Positions 10,354-20,136 of a stretch of 64,000 nt of DNA are shown piece by piece. The notes below the pieces were generated by a model, which saw only the letters and a program-made list of their open reading frames with translations, did no database searches and was not told the DNA's origin. A program made the position numbers and the translations under genes. The stretch's first letter is position 1. Each line of letters starts with the position of its first letter. Origin of the DNA: Hahella sp. (GTDB taxonomy: Bacteria; Pseudomonadota; Gammaproteobacteria; Pseudomonadales; Oleiphilaceae); the NCBI GenBank assembly GCA_050299855.1, contig JBNKWQ010000011.1, positions 25,391 through 89,390 of the forward strand, read 5' to 3'.

Positions 10354-11199
10354 ATGGCTCTTACAAAAATTCGAAAAGCTTATGAACGGCATCAGGAACG
10401 CCAACGCTGTCTTGACCTGTCACTGCAACTTTTGGAATTGATCACACATATTCAGCAACACCGGGGGGCAACCCTGGCGATTTTGGGTGGTGACGACTTC
10501 TTTGAAATGCGGTTGTCAGCAATCAAGCCATATGTTCTGGAAGATCTGCAGGAAGTACAGCAACTGAGAAAAAATCTGATCAGCGATGCGATCTGGGAAA
10601 GTCTCTGTGCGGAATGGTTTACAGTGAACTATCATTGGCGTCAGGATAGTGCCTTCCACAATTTTGAGCTGCACACACATCTGATTCAGCAATTACTGAA
10701 AATTTTCAAGGAATTTCTGCAGGGCCCCTTATTCACCCATCTGGATGACAATCATCTTCCCATCGCCAAGCTCACAATGAACGAGCTACCGGAGTTGATG
10801 GAAACAGCAGCACAGATTCGGGGTATTGGTACTCACTGCCTTGCCTCAGGAGTTCAGGAAAAAGCCTTCGCAGATCGCCTGGGATTCTTATGCCGGTATT
10901 TTTCACGTTCCACCCAACATTTAAGTGCCATGCACAATCTGGATAATCTGCTGCCAACGACACATTCCTGGTATGAGATGATGGACACCTGGGACAATAT
11001 TGAGAAGAGCATTCAAGGGGGTGTTCTCGACAGGTCACCTGATTCGAGCCTGGTTGCTGACACTTTTTTCAATAACAACAGTCAGTTAGTTTTTCAGACG
11101 AAGCAGTACATCAAAAGCGGGTTCAAGCGCCTGAAGAGCGCTACAGATATTGAGCTTGAAAGCTGGATTAACAATAGTTCATTAAATACAGGAACCTAG
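10354..11199 (+). CDS. stand-alone NIT-like (nitrate/nitrite-sensing type) helical domain protein
   Basis: 281 aa. Two segments resemble the duplicated NIT-domain signature (Q-x-E/H-R-G ... and G-Q-x-R-G): ITHIQQHRGATLAILGG and ETAAQIRGIGTHCLASG. No TM segment or output domain. The assignment is from memory of the family pattern only. Confidence 0.45.
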   Translation: MALTKIRKAYERHQERQRCLDLSLQLLELITHIQQHRGATLAILGGDDFFEMRLSAIKPYVLEDLQEVQQLRKNLISDAIWESLCAEWFTVNYHWRQDSAFHNFELHTHLIQQLLKIFKEFLQGPLFTHLDDNHLPIAKLTMNELPELMETAAQIRGIGTHCLASGVQEKAFADRLGFLCRYFSRSTQHLSAMHNLDNLLPTTHSWYEMMDTWDNIEKSIQGGVLDRSPDSSLVADTFFNNNSQLVFQTKQYIKSGFKRLKSATDIELESWINNSSLNTGT

Positions 11200-11396
11200 G
11201 AATCACTGGCTCTTAGGTCAATTTAACATTGATTAACAGGGTTCCTCATCGGTTCGGCAAGGACTTCCTAGATCAGTCTGGCTATTTTTTGTACAATACT
11301 TTAGTCGAAGTTGACTCGGATCCTCCCGGATCGAAGCTGACTTCGGCGCGTCAAATTCGATCTGAAGCGATCGAAGTTGTCTTCCTAAACCCCATT

Positions 11397-11428
11397 TGGG
11401 AGCTCTGCTTTGAGCTCCCTTTTTTCAA
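11397..11428 (+). terminator. Rho-independent terminator
   Basis: GGGAGCTC-tgcttt-GAGCTCCC followed by TTTTTT. The reverse orientation has no T-run. Confidence 0.7.
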
Positions 11429-11502
11429 TGGGTATCTATAAAAATCACTGCTTACTTTTCCACTCAAATGACGAACGACTTATAGATCCGGGCGTAGCTT
11501 CA

Positions 11503-13035
11503 TCAGACGCTGGGCACGAGTATTTTTCGCCGGTCAAGCACTCGGAAGCTCAGTGATTCCAGCAAGTGAGCCGTCTGTATTGCTTCACAACCTGCCAGAT
11601 CGGCAATCGTCCGCGCTACTCTCAACACCCGATGATAGGCTCGAGCCGACATTCCCAGCTTCTGTAACGCTTGCTCGAGCATTAAACGGTCCGCTTCGTC
11701 TAAACGACAAGTGTGCTCGAGAGCGGTACCAGACAAGTATTGATTTGCTGAACCTTGGCGGGCAATCGCTCGAGCTCTGGCCCGCTCGACACGTTCACCG
11801 ATCAATTCAGAAGTTTCTTCAGCTTTAGCCTGATTCAGCTCTCTCAACCCCATTGCCGGCACCTCTATATGCAAGTCGAAGCGATCCAAAAGAGGGCCGG
11901 AAATTTTCTGGCGATAGCGTTGCACTTGCTGCTCAGAGCATTGGCAAGCAATTTGCGGATGCCCTGAGTAACCACATGGACAGGGATTCATCGCAGCAAC
12001 CAGTTGAAAGCTGGCCGGGAAAGTAGTTTGTTGTGCGGCACGTGAAATCACGATCTCACCAGACTCCATCGGTTCACGCAGCACTTCCAGAACTTTTCTG
12101 TCAAATTCGGGTAATTCATCCATGAATAGAACTCCATAATGAGCCAGGGAGATTTCTCCAGGACGGGGATTTGAACCTCCCCCGACCAGCGCCACAGCCG
12201 AGGCAGTATGGTGCGGCGCTCGGAAACGACGCTGGCGCCAGCGAGCGGCGTCCACCTCCTGACCTGCTACAGATGCTACAGCTGCCGCTTCAAGAGCCTC
12301 AGCTTCCGACAATGGGGGCAATATGCCAGGCAAGCGGGAAGCCAGCATGGTTTTACCTGTACCGGGAGGTCCGAACATCAACAGGTTGTGATTGCCGGCA
12401 GCCGCGATTTCAAGGGCACGCTTGGCCTGAAACTGTCCCTTGATGTCCTGCATATCCTTGTCACGATAGTTTCTTCCCGGATTGCCCGGATCGGAAGCGA
12501 TTGGAGCGAACTCTTCAATCCGTTGCTGCCCGCAGAGATGGGCCACCAAGCCCGCCAATGAATCCACAGGCAGAACCTCTAGCTCACTCACCAGGCCAGC
12601 CTCGGGGGCATTTTTTACCGGAACCACAGCGGTTACCCCTGCTTTATGGCACTGTAGCGCAGCAGGCAGAATTCCAGTGACCGGCCTTACTTCGCCGGAC
12701 AAGGCAAGCTCACCATAAAATTCATATTCACAGAGTTTATCCTGGGGTATTTGTCCCGAGGCAGCCAAAATACCGATGGCAATGGCCAAGTCGTAGCGTC
12801 CACCTTCCTTGGGTAGATCAGCTGGCGCTAAATTAATGGTGATACGACGTGCAGGGAAATCAAAACCTGTATTCATGAGGGCACTACGTACCCGATCTTT
12901 GCTTTCTTTAACTGCGGTTTCCGGCAAACCAACAATTGAAAGCCCAGGCAATCCATTGGATAGATGGGTTTCTACGTTGACGGCTGGGGCTTCAACACCC
13001 GCTTTGGCACGAGTTGCGACTATCGCTAGGGACAT
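11503..13035 (-). CDS. yifB: YifB/ComM family Mg-chelatase-like AAA+ ATPase
   Basis: 510 aa with an N-terminal Lon-protease-like fold segment, Walker A GPPGTGKTM and Walker B LFMDELPEF. Confidence 0.9.
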   Translation of the reverse strand: MSLAIVATRAKAGVEAPAVNVETHLSNGLPGLSIVGLPETAVKESKDRVRSALMNTGFDFPARRITINLAPADLPKEGGRYDLAIAIGILAASGQIPQDKLCEYEFYGELALSGEVRPVTGILPAALQCHKAGVTAVVPVKNAPEAGLVSELEVLPVDSLAGLVAHLCGQQRIEEFAPIASDPGNPGRNYRDKDMQDIKGQFQAKRALEIAAAGNHNLLMFGPPGTGKTMLASRLPGILPPLSEAEALEAAAVASVAGQEVDAARWRQRRFRAPHHTASAVALVGGGSNPRPGEISLAHYGVLFMDELPEFDRKVLEVLREPMESGEIVISRAAQQTTFPASFQLVAAMNPCPCGYSGHPQIACQCSEQQVQRYRQKISGPLLDRFDLHIEVPAMGLRELNQAKAEETSELIGERVERARARAIARQGSANQYLSGTALEHTCRLDEADRLMLEQALQKLGMSARAYHRVLRVARTIADLAGCEAIQTAHLLESLSFRVLDRRKILVPSV

Positions 13036-13206
13036 ATATCTTCCTTGATGTCAGAGGGAGAGGCGGTCCGGCCTCATTTATTTTCAAGAGTTACACTTTA
13101 CCGGTTATTGAAGACCAAAATTATTAGTCAGTAAACTGCTACTTTAAGAATAACAAAACCTTTTCAGCTGAGTTGTACAGCCTGAGGTTACTGGATTAAT
13201 GCTACA

Positions 13207-13482
13207 TTAATCGCTGGATTCAGCAGGAACGCTACTCAATTGTTGCTCCAACTTGGCCACGCGGGCTTCAAGAGCTTCCAGTTTGCTTCGCGTCTTACGC
13301 AGCACCTCCGTTTGTACATCAAACTCTTCCCTGGTAACCAAGTCCAGCTTACTGATCAGGCTCGCTAATGCCGCCTTGGCCTGCTGCTGCATATCATCTT
13401 GCGCTGATTTGGCAACATCCGGAATAAATTGACCGAACTGCTGGTTCAATGAATTCAAAATATCTAAAGGTGACACCGCCAT
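13207..13482 (-). CDS. ubiK: UbiK/YqiC (BMFP) family accessory factor
   Basis: 91-aa coiled-coil protein with LVTREEFDVQTEVLRKTRSKLEALEARVAKLE. It sits divergent from glnK, as in pseudomonads. Confidence 0.7.
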   Translation of the reverse strand: MAVSPLDILNSLNQQFGQFIPDVAKSAQDDMQQQAKAALASLISKLDLVTREEFDVQTEVLRKTRSKLEALEARVAKLEQQLSSVPAESSD

Positions 13483-13580
13483 TTTCGATCCTATTGAGTC
13501 ATAATTTCTCAGGCCCGAAGTCTAACATGGGACGGCGTATCATGGATAACCTTCATCAATTTGTATGGGCTTCTTCTTTA

Positions 13581-13599
13581 CGCACCATATCCGTGCACG
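13581..13599 (+). promoter_or_regulatory. candidate NtrC binding site upstream of glnK
   Basis: cGCACCatatcCGTGCAcg, close to TGCACC-N5-GGTGCA, about 135 nt upstream of the sigma54 element. Confidence 0.45.
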
Positions 13600-13704
13600 A
13601 ATTAATATTTGCTCTTTTTGGGAGCATTTATTTCAAACAATCGGCTATAGCATGCGCTATAATTGTGCCTACCAGCCCTACTATCATTGGATAATAGATT
13701 CTAG

Positions 13705-14175
<471 letters not shown>

Positions 14176-14228
14176 AATAAAATTCATCATCAACAGGTAA
14201 CAGTGAAGCCTAGTGCGGAGGGCTTTTC

Positions 14229-15515
14229 ATGGAAACAAATCCAAATCTAATTTTCGAATTGCAATATGCAATCGACACTTTCTACTTCCTTGTCATGGGC
14301 GCTTTGGTCATGTGGATGGCCGCAGGTTTTGCCATGCTCGAAGCAGGTCTGGTACGTGCCAAAAACACTACTGAGATCCTGACCAAAAACATCGCTCTAT
14401 ATGCAGTGGCCTGTACCATGTACCTGGTATGCGGATACGAGCTCATGTATGGCGGCGGTTATTTCCTGTCCAGCACTGATAATGTTGGCAGCATGACTGA
14501 AGACGCCGTTGCCGGCGTTATCGAAGGCTCTAAAGCTTTTGCAGCTGGCGCTGAAGACTCCGGCCTACAGTACTCTGGTGCTTCAGACTTCTTCTTCCAG
14601 GTAGTGTTTGTAGCAACTGCAATGTCCATCGTATCCGGCGCTGTTGCAGAGCGCATGAAGCTTTGGGCATTCCTGGCCTTTGCCGTAGTAATGACTGGCT
14701 TCATCTACCCAATGGAAGGTAGCTGGACCTGGGGCGGTAACGATGTATTCGGCATGTTCGCTCTGAACTATAGCGATTACGCCGGTTCCGGTATCGTTCA
14801 CATGGCTGGTGCTGCTGCAGCTCTGGCTGGTGTGCTTCTGCTGGGTGCTCGTAAAGGTAAATACGGCGCTAATGGCCAGGTTAATGCAATTCCAGGAGCT
14901 AACCTGCCTCTAGCCACTCTGGGTACGTTCATCCTGTGGCTGGGATGGTTCGGTTTCAACGGCGGCTCCACCCTGCAACTGTCTGGTATCGGTGTTGCCA
15001 ACGAAGTTGCCAGCGTATTCGTTAACACAAACGCTGCTGCTGCTGGTGGTTTGATCGGTGCTCTGATTGTTGCGCGTATTCTGTTCGGTAAAGCTGACCT
15101 GACCATGGCCCTGAACGGAGCCCTCGCTGGCCTGGTAGCTATCACCGCAGAACCTGCTGACCCTACTCCGCTGGTAGCAACCCTGATTGGTGCCGTAGGC
15201 GGTATCATCGTAGTGTTCGCTATCGTAGCTTTGGACAAGTTGAAAATTGACGATCCCGTTGGTGCTATCTCAGTACACGGTGTCGTTGGTTTCTACGGCG
15301 TTATGGTAGTCCCAGTAACTGACGCTGACGCTACTTTCGGTGGCCAACTCGTCGGTGCCCTAACTATCTTTGTCTGGGTATTCGTAGCCAGCCTGATCGT
15401 TTGGGGCATCCTGAAAGCCGTCATGGGTATCCGTGTCAGCGAAGAGGAAGAATACGAAGGTGTCGACCTGGCAGAGTGTGGAATGGAAGCTTATCCAGAA
15501 TTCACTCGCGAGTGA
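14229..15515 (+). CDS. amtB: ammonium transporter
   Basis: 428-aa polytopic protein with Amt signatures DYAGSGIVHMAGA and FGFNGGS. Confidence 0.9.
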   Translation: METNPNLIFELQYAIDTFYFLVMGALVMWMAAGFAMLEAGLVRAKNTTEILTKNIALYAVACTMYLVCGYELMYGGGYFLSSTDNVGSMTEDAVAGVIEGSKAFAAGAEDSGLQYSGASDFFFQVVFVATAMSIVSGAVAERMKLWAFLAFAVVMTGFIYPMEGSWTWGGNDVFGMFALNYSDYAGSGIVHMAGAAAALAGVLLLGARKGKYGANGQVNAIPGANLPLATLGTFILWLGWFGFNGGSTLQLSGIGVANEVASVFVNTNAAAAGGLIGALIVARILFGKADLTMALNGALAGLVAITAEPADPTPLVATLIGAVGGIIVVFAIVALDKLKIDDPVGAISVHGVVGFYGVMVVPVTDADATFGGQLVGALTIFVWVFVASLIVWGILKAVMGIRVSEEEEYEGVDLAECGMEAYPEFTRE

Positions 15516-15533
15516 TCCTTAAGCTCTAACGCA

Positions 15534-15557
15534 AAGCCGCCTCCGGGCGGCTTTTTT
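15534..15557 (+). terminator. Rho-independent terminator after amtB
   Basis: AAGCCGCC-tccg-GGCGGCTT followed by TTTT. Confidence 0.8.
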
Positions 15558-15714
15558 GTGCATGAAGAAAATTCGCTACCAACACAACTTTCCCCCTGTA
15601 AACATTCATTTACCAAACGTAGCAATAATTCCCTATATCCTCCGATTCACATTTGTATAAAATGCGCAACTCTCAGGCAGCCCTGCCTATTCCCCTCCCA
15701 TATTTCGGGCCACT

Positions 15715-15810
15715 ATGTACCAGACAGTGATTGGTTCTCTTGCAGCCATTTGCACTACACTGGCGTTTCTACCCCAGGTCATACTGACACTAAAACTACG
15801 CTACGGGTGA
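15715..15810 (+). pseudogene. remnant of a SemiSWEET/PQ-loop transporter gene
   Basis: A 31-codon ORF, MYQTVIGSLAAICTTLAFLPQVILTLKLRYG*, matches the N-terminal PQ-loop helix pattern (IG..AA..TT.AFLPQV). It ends prematurely. The remaining ~80 nt before the convergent gene cannot encode the missing two helices. Confidence 0.3.
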
Positions 15811-15889
15811 CACCGGAAAGTCACCCGATATTGGTGGTGAATCCCGATCGCCTGTGCAAACAGAAAATGGCCGACATGAATTAGACTAT

Positions 15890-16513
15890 TCAGGGCTTGA
15901 TATGGATTGGCGTACCGATTTTCACCAGATGCCATATTTCCTCCATAGCTGTATTGGTGAGGGCAATACAGCCATCCGTCCAATCACGCTCCAGCAGAGT
16001 ATTCACATCCAGATCTGGATTTCTTCGATTGGGCCATCCGTGAATCATGATCATCCCGCCGGGGTCTTTGCCTCGCTCTTCCGCATAGGCGATATCATCA
16101 GAATTCGGGTAAGAGATGTGTATGGATTTATAGTAGTGACTTTTGGGGTTGCGCCAGTCCAGTACATATTGCCCTTCCGGCGTCCGCTCATCTCCCTCAA
16201 ATTGTTTGTGTCCGAGAGGATCATCACCTAGAGAAATACTATAGATACGAATGGGGACACCTCCGCTAAGCAGGCTTAACGTTCGATCCCGTTTTTTCAC
16301 CAACACCATATCAACCTTCGGCAGCTCGTGGGAGAGATCTGACGGCGTACCCTTGATCATAGATTGCTGATTCATGGCAATTTGAGTAGTGACTGTGGTT
16401 GGTGCTTCTGCCTGCACAAGGTCAGTCGCGCACAGGCAAAGAGCACAAATGATTGCTCCAAATAGCTTGTCATCCATGGCAGAAAGCATGTTAGTCCCCT
16501 TTAACATCTGCAC
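15890..16513 (-). CDS. L,D-transpeptidase (YkuD domain) family protein
   Basis: Signal peptide, then YkuD motifs HISYPN, MIHG and the catalytic WTDGCIALTN. Confidence 0.8.
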   Translation of the reverse strand: MQMLKGTNMLSAMDDKLFGAIICALCLCATDLVQAEAPTTVTTQIAMNQQSMIKGTPSDLSHELPKVDMVLVKKRDRTLSLLSGGVPIRIYSISLGDDPLGHKQFEGDERTPEGQYVLDWRNPKSHYYKSIHISYPNSDDIAYAEERGKDPGGMIMIHGWPNRRNPDLDVNTLLERDWTDGCIALTNTAMEEIWHLVKIGTPIHIKP

Positions 16514-17002
16514 TACGATACATTGAATACTCTATCCCCCTGGCGACATAACTCCCGGTTATACCCAGTCCATATTGATTAGTCGCATTACACCAACTCT
16601 TGCGAAGCCCATATCACCAATGCCTATAATTAGACTATCCAAAGTACCTCTCAGACGTTGACTAGAATACAGGTAGCTCCAGTAGCCAAATCAATTATCG
16701 ACTGATCAACCAAGCTTATGAAGTATAGACAAGGCACCAGCAAACTGACTAGGAAGAGATTAACGAAATCAGCTACAGATCCAAACCACATAGTGTAATA
16801 CCACAACTTCGAGGCCATCTGCAGCTCTATGGAACACTGGGATTAACTAAAACCTGAATGTAGATATAGACCCCCAAGCGGCTATCAGGAATCAACCAGC
16901 TAAAGGATAAGATTAGATTGGTACAAAAAAAGCGGGAATTGACAACTTAGGAGAACAAGCCTGGAAACAAGCTTAGAAACCTTGAAGAGCGGAAGCGGAA
17001 TG

Positions 17003-17038
17003 GAAAACAAATCACCCGGCCTTTCAAGGCCGGGTGAT
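17003..17038 (-). terminator. Rho-independent terminator downstream of fabB
   Basis: ATCACCCGGCC-tttcaa-GGCCGGGTGAT (11-bp stem). On the minus strand it is followed by TTGTTTTCC. Confidence 0.7.
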
Positions 17039-17049
17039 AAGATGGACAG

Positions 17050-18267
17050 TTAGCCGTTATATTTGCGGAAGACCAGACAAGCGTTGGTACCGCCAAAACC
17101 GAAGCTGTTGCTCATCACGGTGTTTAACTCAACATCGTGAACAGTTTCAGTCACGATAGGCGCACCTGCAACACCTTCATCAAGAGATTCCACATGTGCC
17201 GTTGGAGCGATAAAACTGCCTTGTTGCATTAGCAGACAGTATATGGCCTCCTGCACACCGGCCGCACCCAGTGAATGGCCGGTCATGGATTTGGTAGAAC
17301 TGATATTAGGTAGGTTCTCACCAAACACCTGCCTGACGGCATTAAGCTCGACAATGTCACCCGCCGGCGTACTGGTACCGTGGGTGTTCAAATAGTCGAT
17401 CGGCGTATCAACCGTGGCTAATGCCTGATGCATACAGCGAATTGCGCCTTCGCCGGAAGGAGCCACCATATCGGCACCATCGGAAGTCGCGCCATAACCT
17501 ACCAGTTCAGCATAAATTGGTGCACCACGCTTCAAAGCATGTTCCAACTCTTCTACAACGACGACACCGCCACCGCCTGCAATGACAAAGCCATCACGAG
17601 TACTGCAGTAGGGTCGAGAAGCCCGAGTGGGATCATCATTATATTTGGTGGAAAGTGCACCCATGGCGTCAAACAGTACGGTTAAGCTCCAATCCTCTTC
17701 TTCACCACCACCGGCAAACACAAGGTCCTGTTTACCAAGCTGGATCTGTTCCCAGGCATGCCCAATACAATGAGCAGCAGTCGCACAGGCAGAAGTAATG
17801 GAATAATTAACACCGCGAATCTTAAACGAAGTTGCCAAACAGGCATTAACCGAACTGTTCATAGTGCGGGTAACCCGGTAGGGGCCAACTCGCTTAACGC
17901 CTTTTTCCCGCAATGTATCCACGGATTCAACCACGTTACTGGTGGAAGCACCACCTGAGCCCATGACAATACCGGTACGGGTGCTGTGCAAAAGCTCTTC
18001 GTCAATCTTGGCATCTTCGATAGCCTGACGCATGGAAACATACGCATAACCAGCAGCATCCCCCATAAACCTCAGGAGCTTACGGTCTATTTCCTCTTCA
18101 AGATTGATATCTACAGATCCACTGACATGGCTGCGTAAACCGGCTTCCTTGTAGCTTTCGTTGTAACGAATGCCCGAACGACCAGCTTTGAGCGCTGCCG
18201 CAACCTCTTCTTTGGAATTCCCCAGGCAAGAGACGATACCCATTCCGGTGATCACTGCACGTTTCAT
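17050..18267 (-). CDS. fabB: beta-ketoacyl-ACP synthase I
   Basis: 405 aa with active-site Cys context [20 protein letters not shown] and GHSLGAAG. It is downstream of fabA. Confidence 0.9.
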   Translation of the reverse strand: MKRAVITGMGIVSCLGNSKEEVAAALKAGRSGIRYNESYKEAGLRSHVSGSVDINLEEEIDRKLLRFMGDAAGYAYVSMRQAIEDAKIDEELLHSTRTGIVMGSGGASTSNVVESVDTLREKGVKRVGPYRVTRTMNSSVNACLATSFKIRGVNYSITSACATAAHCIGHAWEQIQLGKQDLVFAGGGEEEDWSLTVLFDAMGALSTKYNDDPTRASRPYCSTRDGFVIAGGGGVVVVEELEHALKRGAPIYAELVGYGATSDGADMVAPSGEGAIRCMHQALATVDTPIDYLNTHGTSTPAGDIVELNAVRQVFGENLPNISSTKSMTGHSLGAAGVQEAIYCLLMQQGSFIAPTAHVESLDEGVAGAPIVTETVHDVELNTVMSNSFGFGGTNACLVFRKYNG

Positions 18268-18297
18268 TCAGAAACCTCTTTCTATATCAATACAGGG

Positions 18298-18852
18298 CTA
18301 TTTAATCTCAGCGCCCTGCATGGAGGCCGGATCAAATAAACCAACTCTTAAATCTTTGGCACTGTATATAGGCTTACCATCAACCAGCATAGTGGCATCG
18401 GCAATACCCATTATCAGGCGACGGGCAATCACCCTTTTGATGTCCAGAACATATTCAACCAATTTTGCATCCGGTAACACCTGGCCGGTGAACTTCACCT
18501 CGCCGACACCTAATGCACGCCCCAGGCCTTGATGCCCTGACCATGCAAGGAAGAAACCAACTAACTGCCACATGGCATCAAGCCCCAGACACCCCGGCAT
18601 AACAGGATCACCGACAAAGTGGCACTTGAAAAACCAGAGATCAGGATTGATGTCCAGTTCGGCACGAATAACACCGTGATTGTAGCTACCGCCTTCATTA
18701 GCGATATGCTGGATACGATCTACCATCAGCATCTGATCAATAGGCAGCTTGGCCGTATCGAGACCAAATAGCTCACCGTACCCACACTGTTTCAGTTCAG
18801 CTTCTGTATAAGAGCTCTTCACAACTCTGGTGCTGGTCGACTCAGGGGCCAT
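18298..18852 (-). CDS. fabA: 3-hydroxydecanoyl-ACP dehydratase/isomerase
   Basis: Near-colinear with E. coli FabA: [36 protein letters not shown] and [13 protein letters not shown]. The ATG at 18852 has a GAGGTG upstream. The longer ORF start at 18891 lacks an SD. Confidence 0.9.
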   Translation of the reverse strand: MAPESTSTRVVKSSYTEAELKQCGYGELFGLDTAKLPIDQMLMVDRIQHIANEGGSYNHGVIRAELDINPDLWFFKCHFVGDPVMPGCLGLDAMWQLVGFFLAWSGHQGLGRALGVGEVKFTGQVLPDAKLVEYVLDIKRVIARRLIMGIADATMLVDGKPIYSAKDLRVGLFDPASMQGAEIK

Positions 18853-19084
18853 ATTCACTAGTTTCACCTCGGTTGGAGCTTTAGGCTCCATACTTATTCA
18901 AGCGCCAAACTTTAAGGGGGCGCCATTACCATTTTGTTACCGTACCAATGCCTTCACATCCTATTGAATTCAGGTACGGACGTCTATTGGACAAAGGTAG
19001 GTTCAAAAAATTAAGGTTTATGCCAAGTTTTCCGGAAGCCCGGCACATAACGCAAAACGGGACACTTCGCCCCGTATTCACCCC

Positions 19085-19948
19085 TTAATCCAGGTCCAGG
19101 TCTCGCTTCATGAATTCCGGTATAGCCAATGCACCCTGATGTATACCGCTATTATAGTACTGGGTTACGAAGGGGCGTTCATTAACGTCCTCTTCACGAA
19201 AATAATCCAGCTTCTTCCCCTTACCGGCCATGGTACAACTCCACCACCCTGTTGGGTAAACAGGTTGCGGGAACGGTAAAGTATGAGTCTCATTGAAACC
19301 CGCCTGCTTCATATCGCGGTGCACATTCTTGATAATGCTGGCACTGTGGAGAAGGGGCGATTCTGACTGCTGCACCAGCACGCCACCTTCTGCCATAGCC
19401 AGAAAACAGTTGCGATAAAAGTCTACCGCAAACAGCCCTTCTGCCGGCCCCACAGGATCTGTGGAATCCACGATGATGACATCAATAGATCCAGGCTCTG
19501 CATCGGCAATCCACTTGATACCATCACCAAAGAAAAAGTTTGCGCGCGGGTCATTATTCGCAGTGCAAAGATCTGGAAAATATTCTTCAGACACGCGGGT
19601 AACACGCTCGTCAATTTCCACCTGCCAGGCTTCCTGAACACCAGGGTGTTTCAGCACTTCCTTCAGAGCACCGCAGTCACCACCGCCGACAATTACTACC
19701 TTCTTGGGATCTTTATGCGTGAATAGCGCCGGGTGAGTCATCATCTCATGGTAAAGAAAGTTGTCACGATCAGTGAGCATCACACAGCCATCCAATACCA
19801 TCAGCCGGCCAAAGGTGGCAGTCTCGTATATTTCAATTTTCTGAAATTCACTCTGCTCTTCATGCAGTTTGCTCTGCACCTGCAGCGAAAAGCCGGTACC
19901 TTGATCCTGGAATATCTCGGTAAACCAGCCTGGTATTTGTTCGCTCAT
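19085..19948 (-). CDS. speE: spermidine synthase (polyamine aminopropyltransferase)
   Basis: 287 aa with VVIVGGGDCGALKEV and DVIIVDSTDPVGPAEGLF. Confidence 0.85.
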   Translation of the reverse strand: MSEQIPGWFTEIFQDQGTGFSLQVQSKLHEEQSEFQKIEIYETATFGRLMVLDGCVMLTDRDNFLYHEMMTHPALFTHKDPKKVVIVGGGDCGALKEVLKHPGVQEAWQVEIDERVTRVSEEYFPDLCTANNDPRANFFFGDGIKWIADAEPGSIDVIIVDSTDPVGPAEGLFAVDFYRNCFLAMAEGGVLVQQSESPLLHSASIIKNVHRDMKQAGFNETHTLPFPQPVYPTGWWSCTMAGKGKKLDYFREEDVNERPFVTQYYNSGIHQGALAIPEFMKRDLDLD

Positions 19949-20136
19949 TCATTTCTCCGTGTTCACATGGTGGTATGGTAGGTACAGCGTGGAGGCCTAT
20001 TGTATGCAGTTGCCCTTAGGATCAAAGCATTTTTTATGCAAGGCTGCAAAGTTGGATGACATGTAGCACGGTTGCATTAGAATAGCGCCCTCAATTAACT
20101 CATGACATCTACATCGACCCTGAGGGGGGCCTGGCT

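Noticed and set aside
10211-10441. 76-aa ORF upstream of and overlapping the NIT-like gene
   Set aside because: It has no SD, overlaps the predicted sigma54 promoter and the start of the better-supported 281-aa ORF, and has no recognisable motif.
15558-15884. 108-aa ORF downstream of amtB
   Set aside because: It starts inside the amtB terminator tail and has a Cys/His/Pro-rich, non-protein-like composition. The only recognisable coding signal in the interval is the short PQ-loop fragment in another frame.
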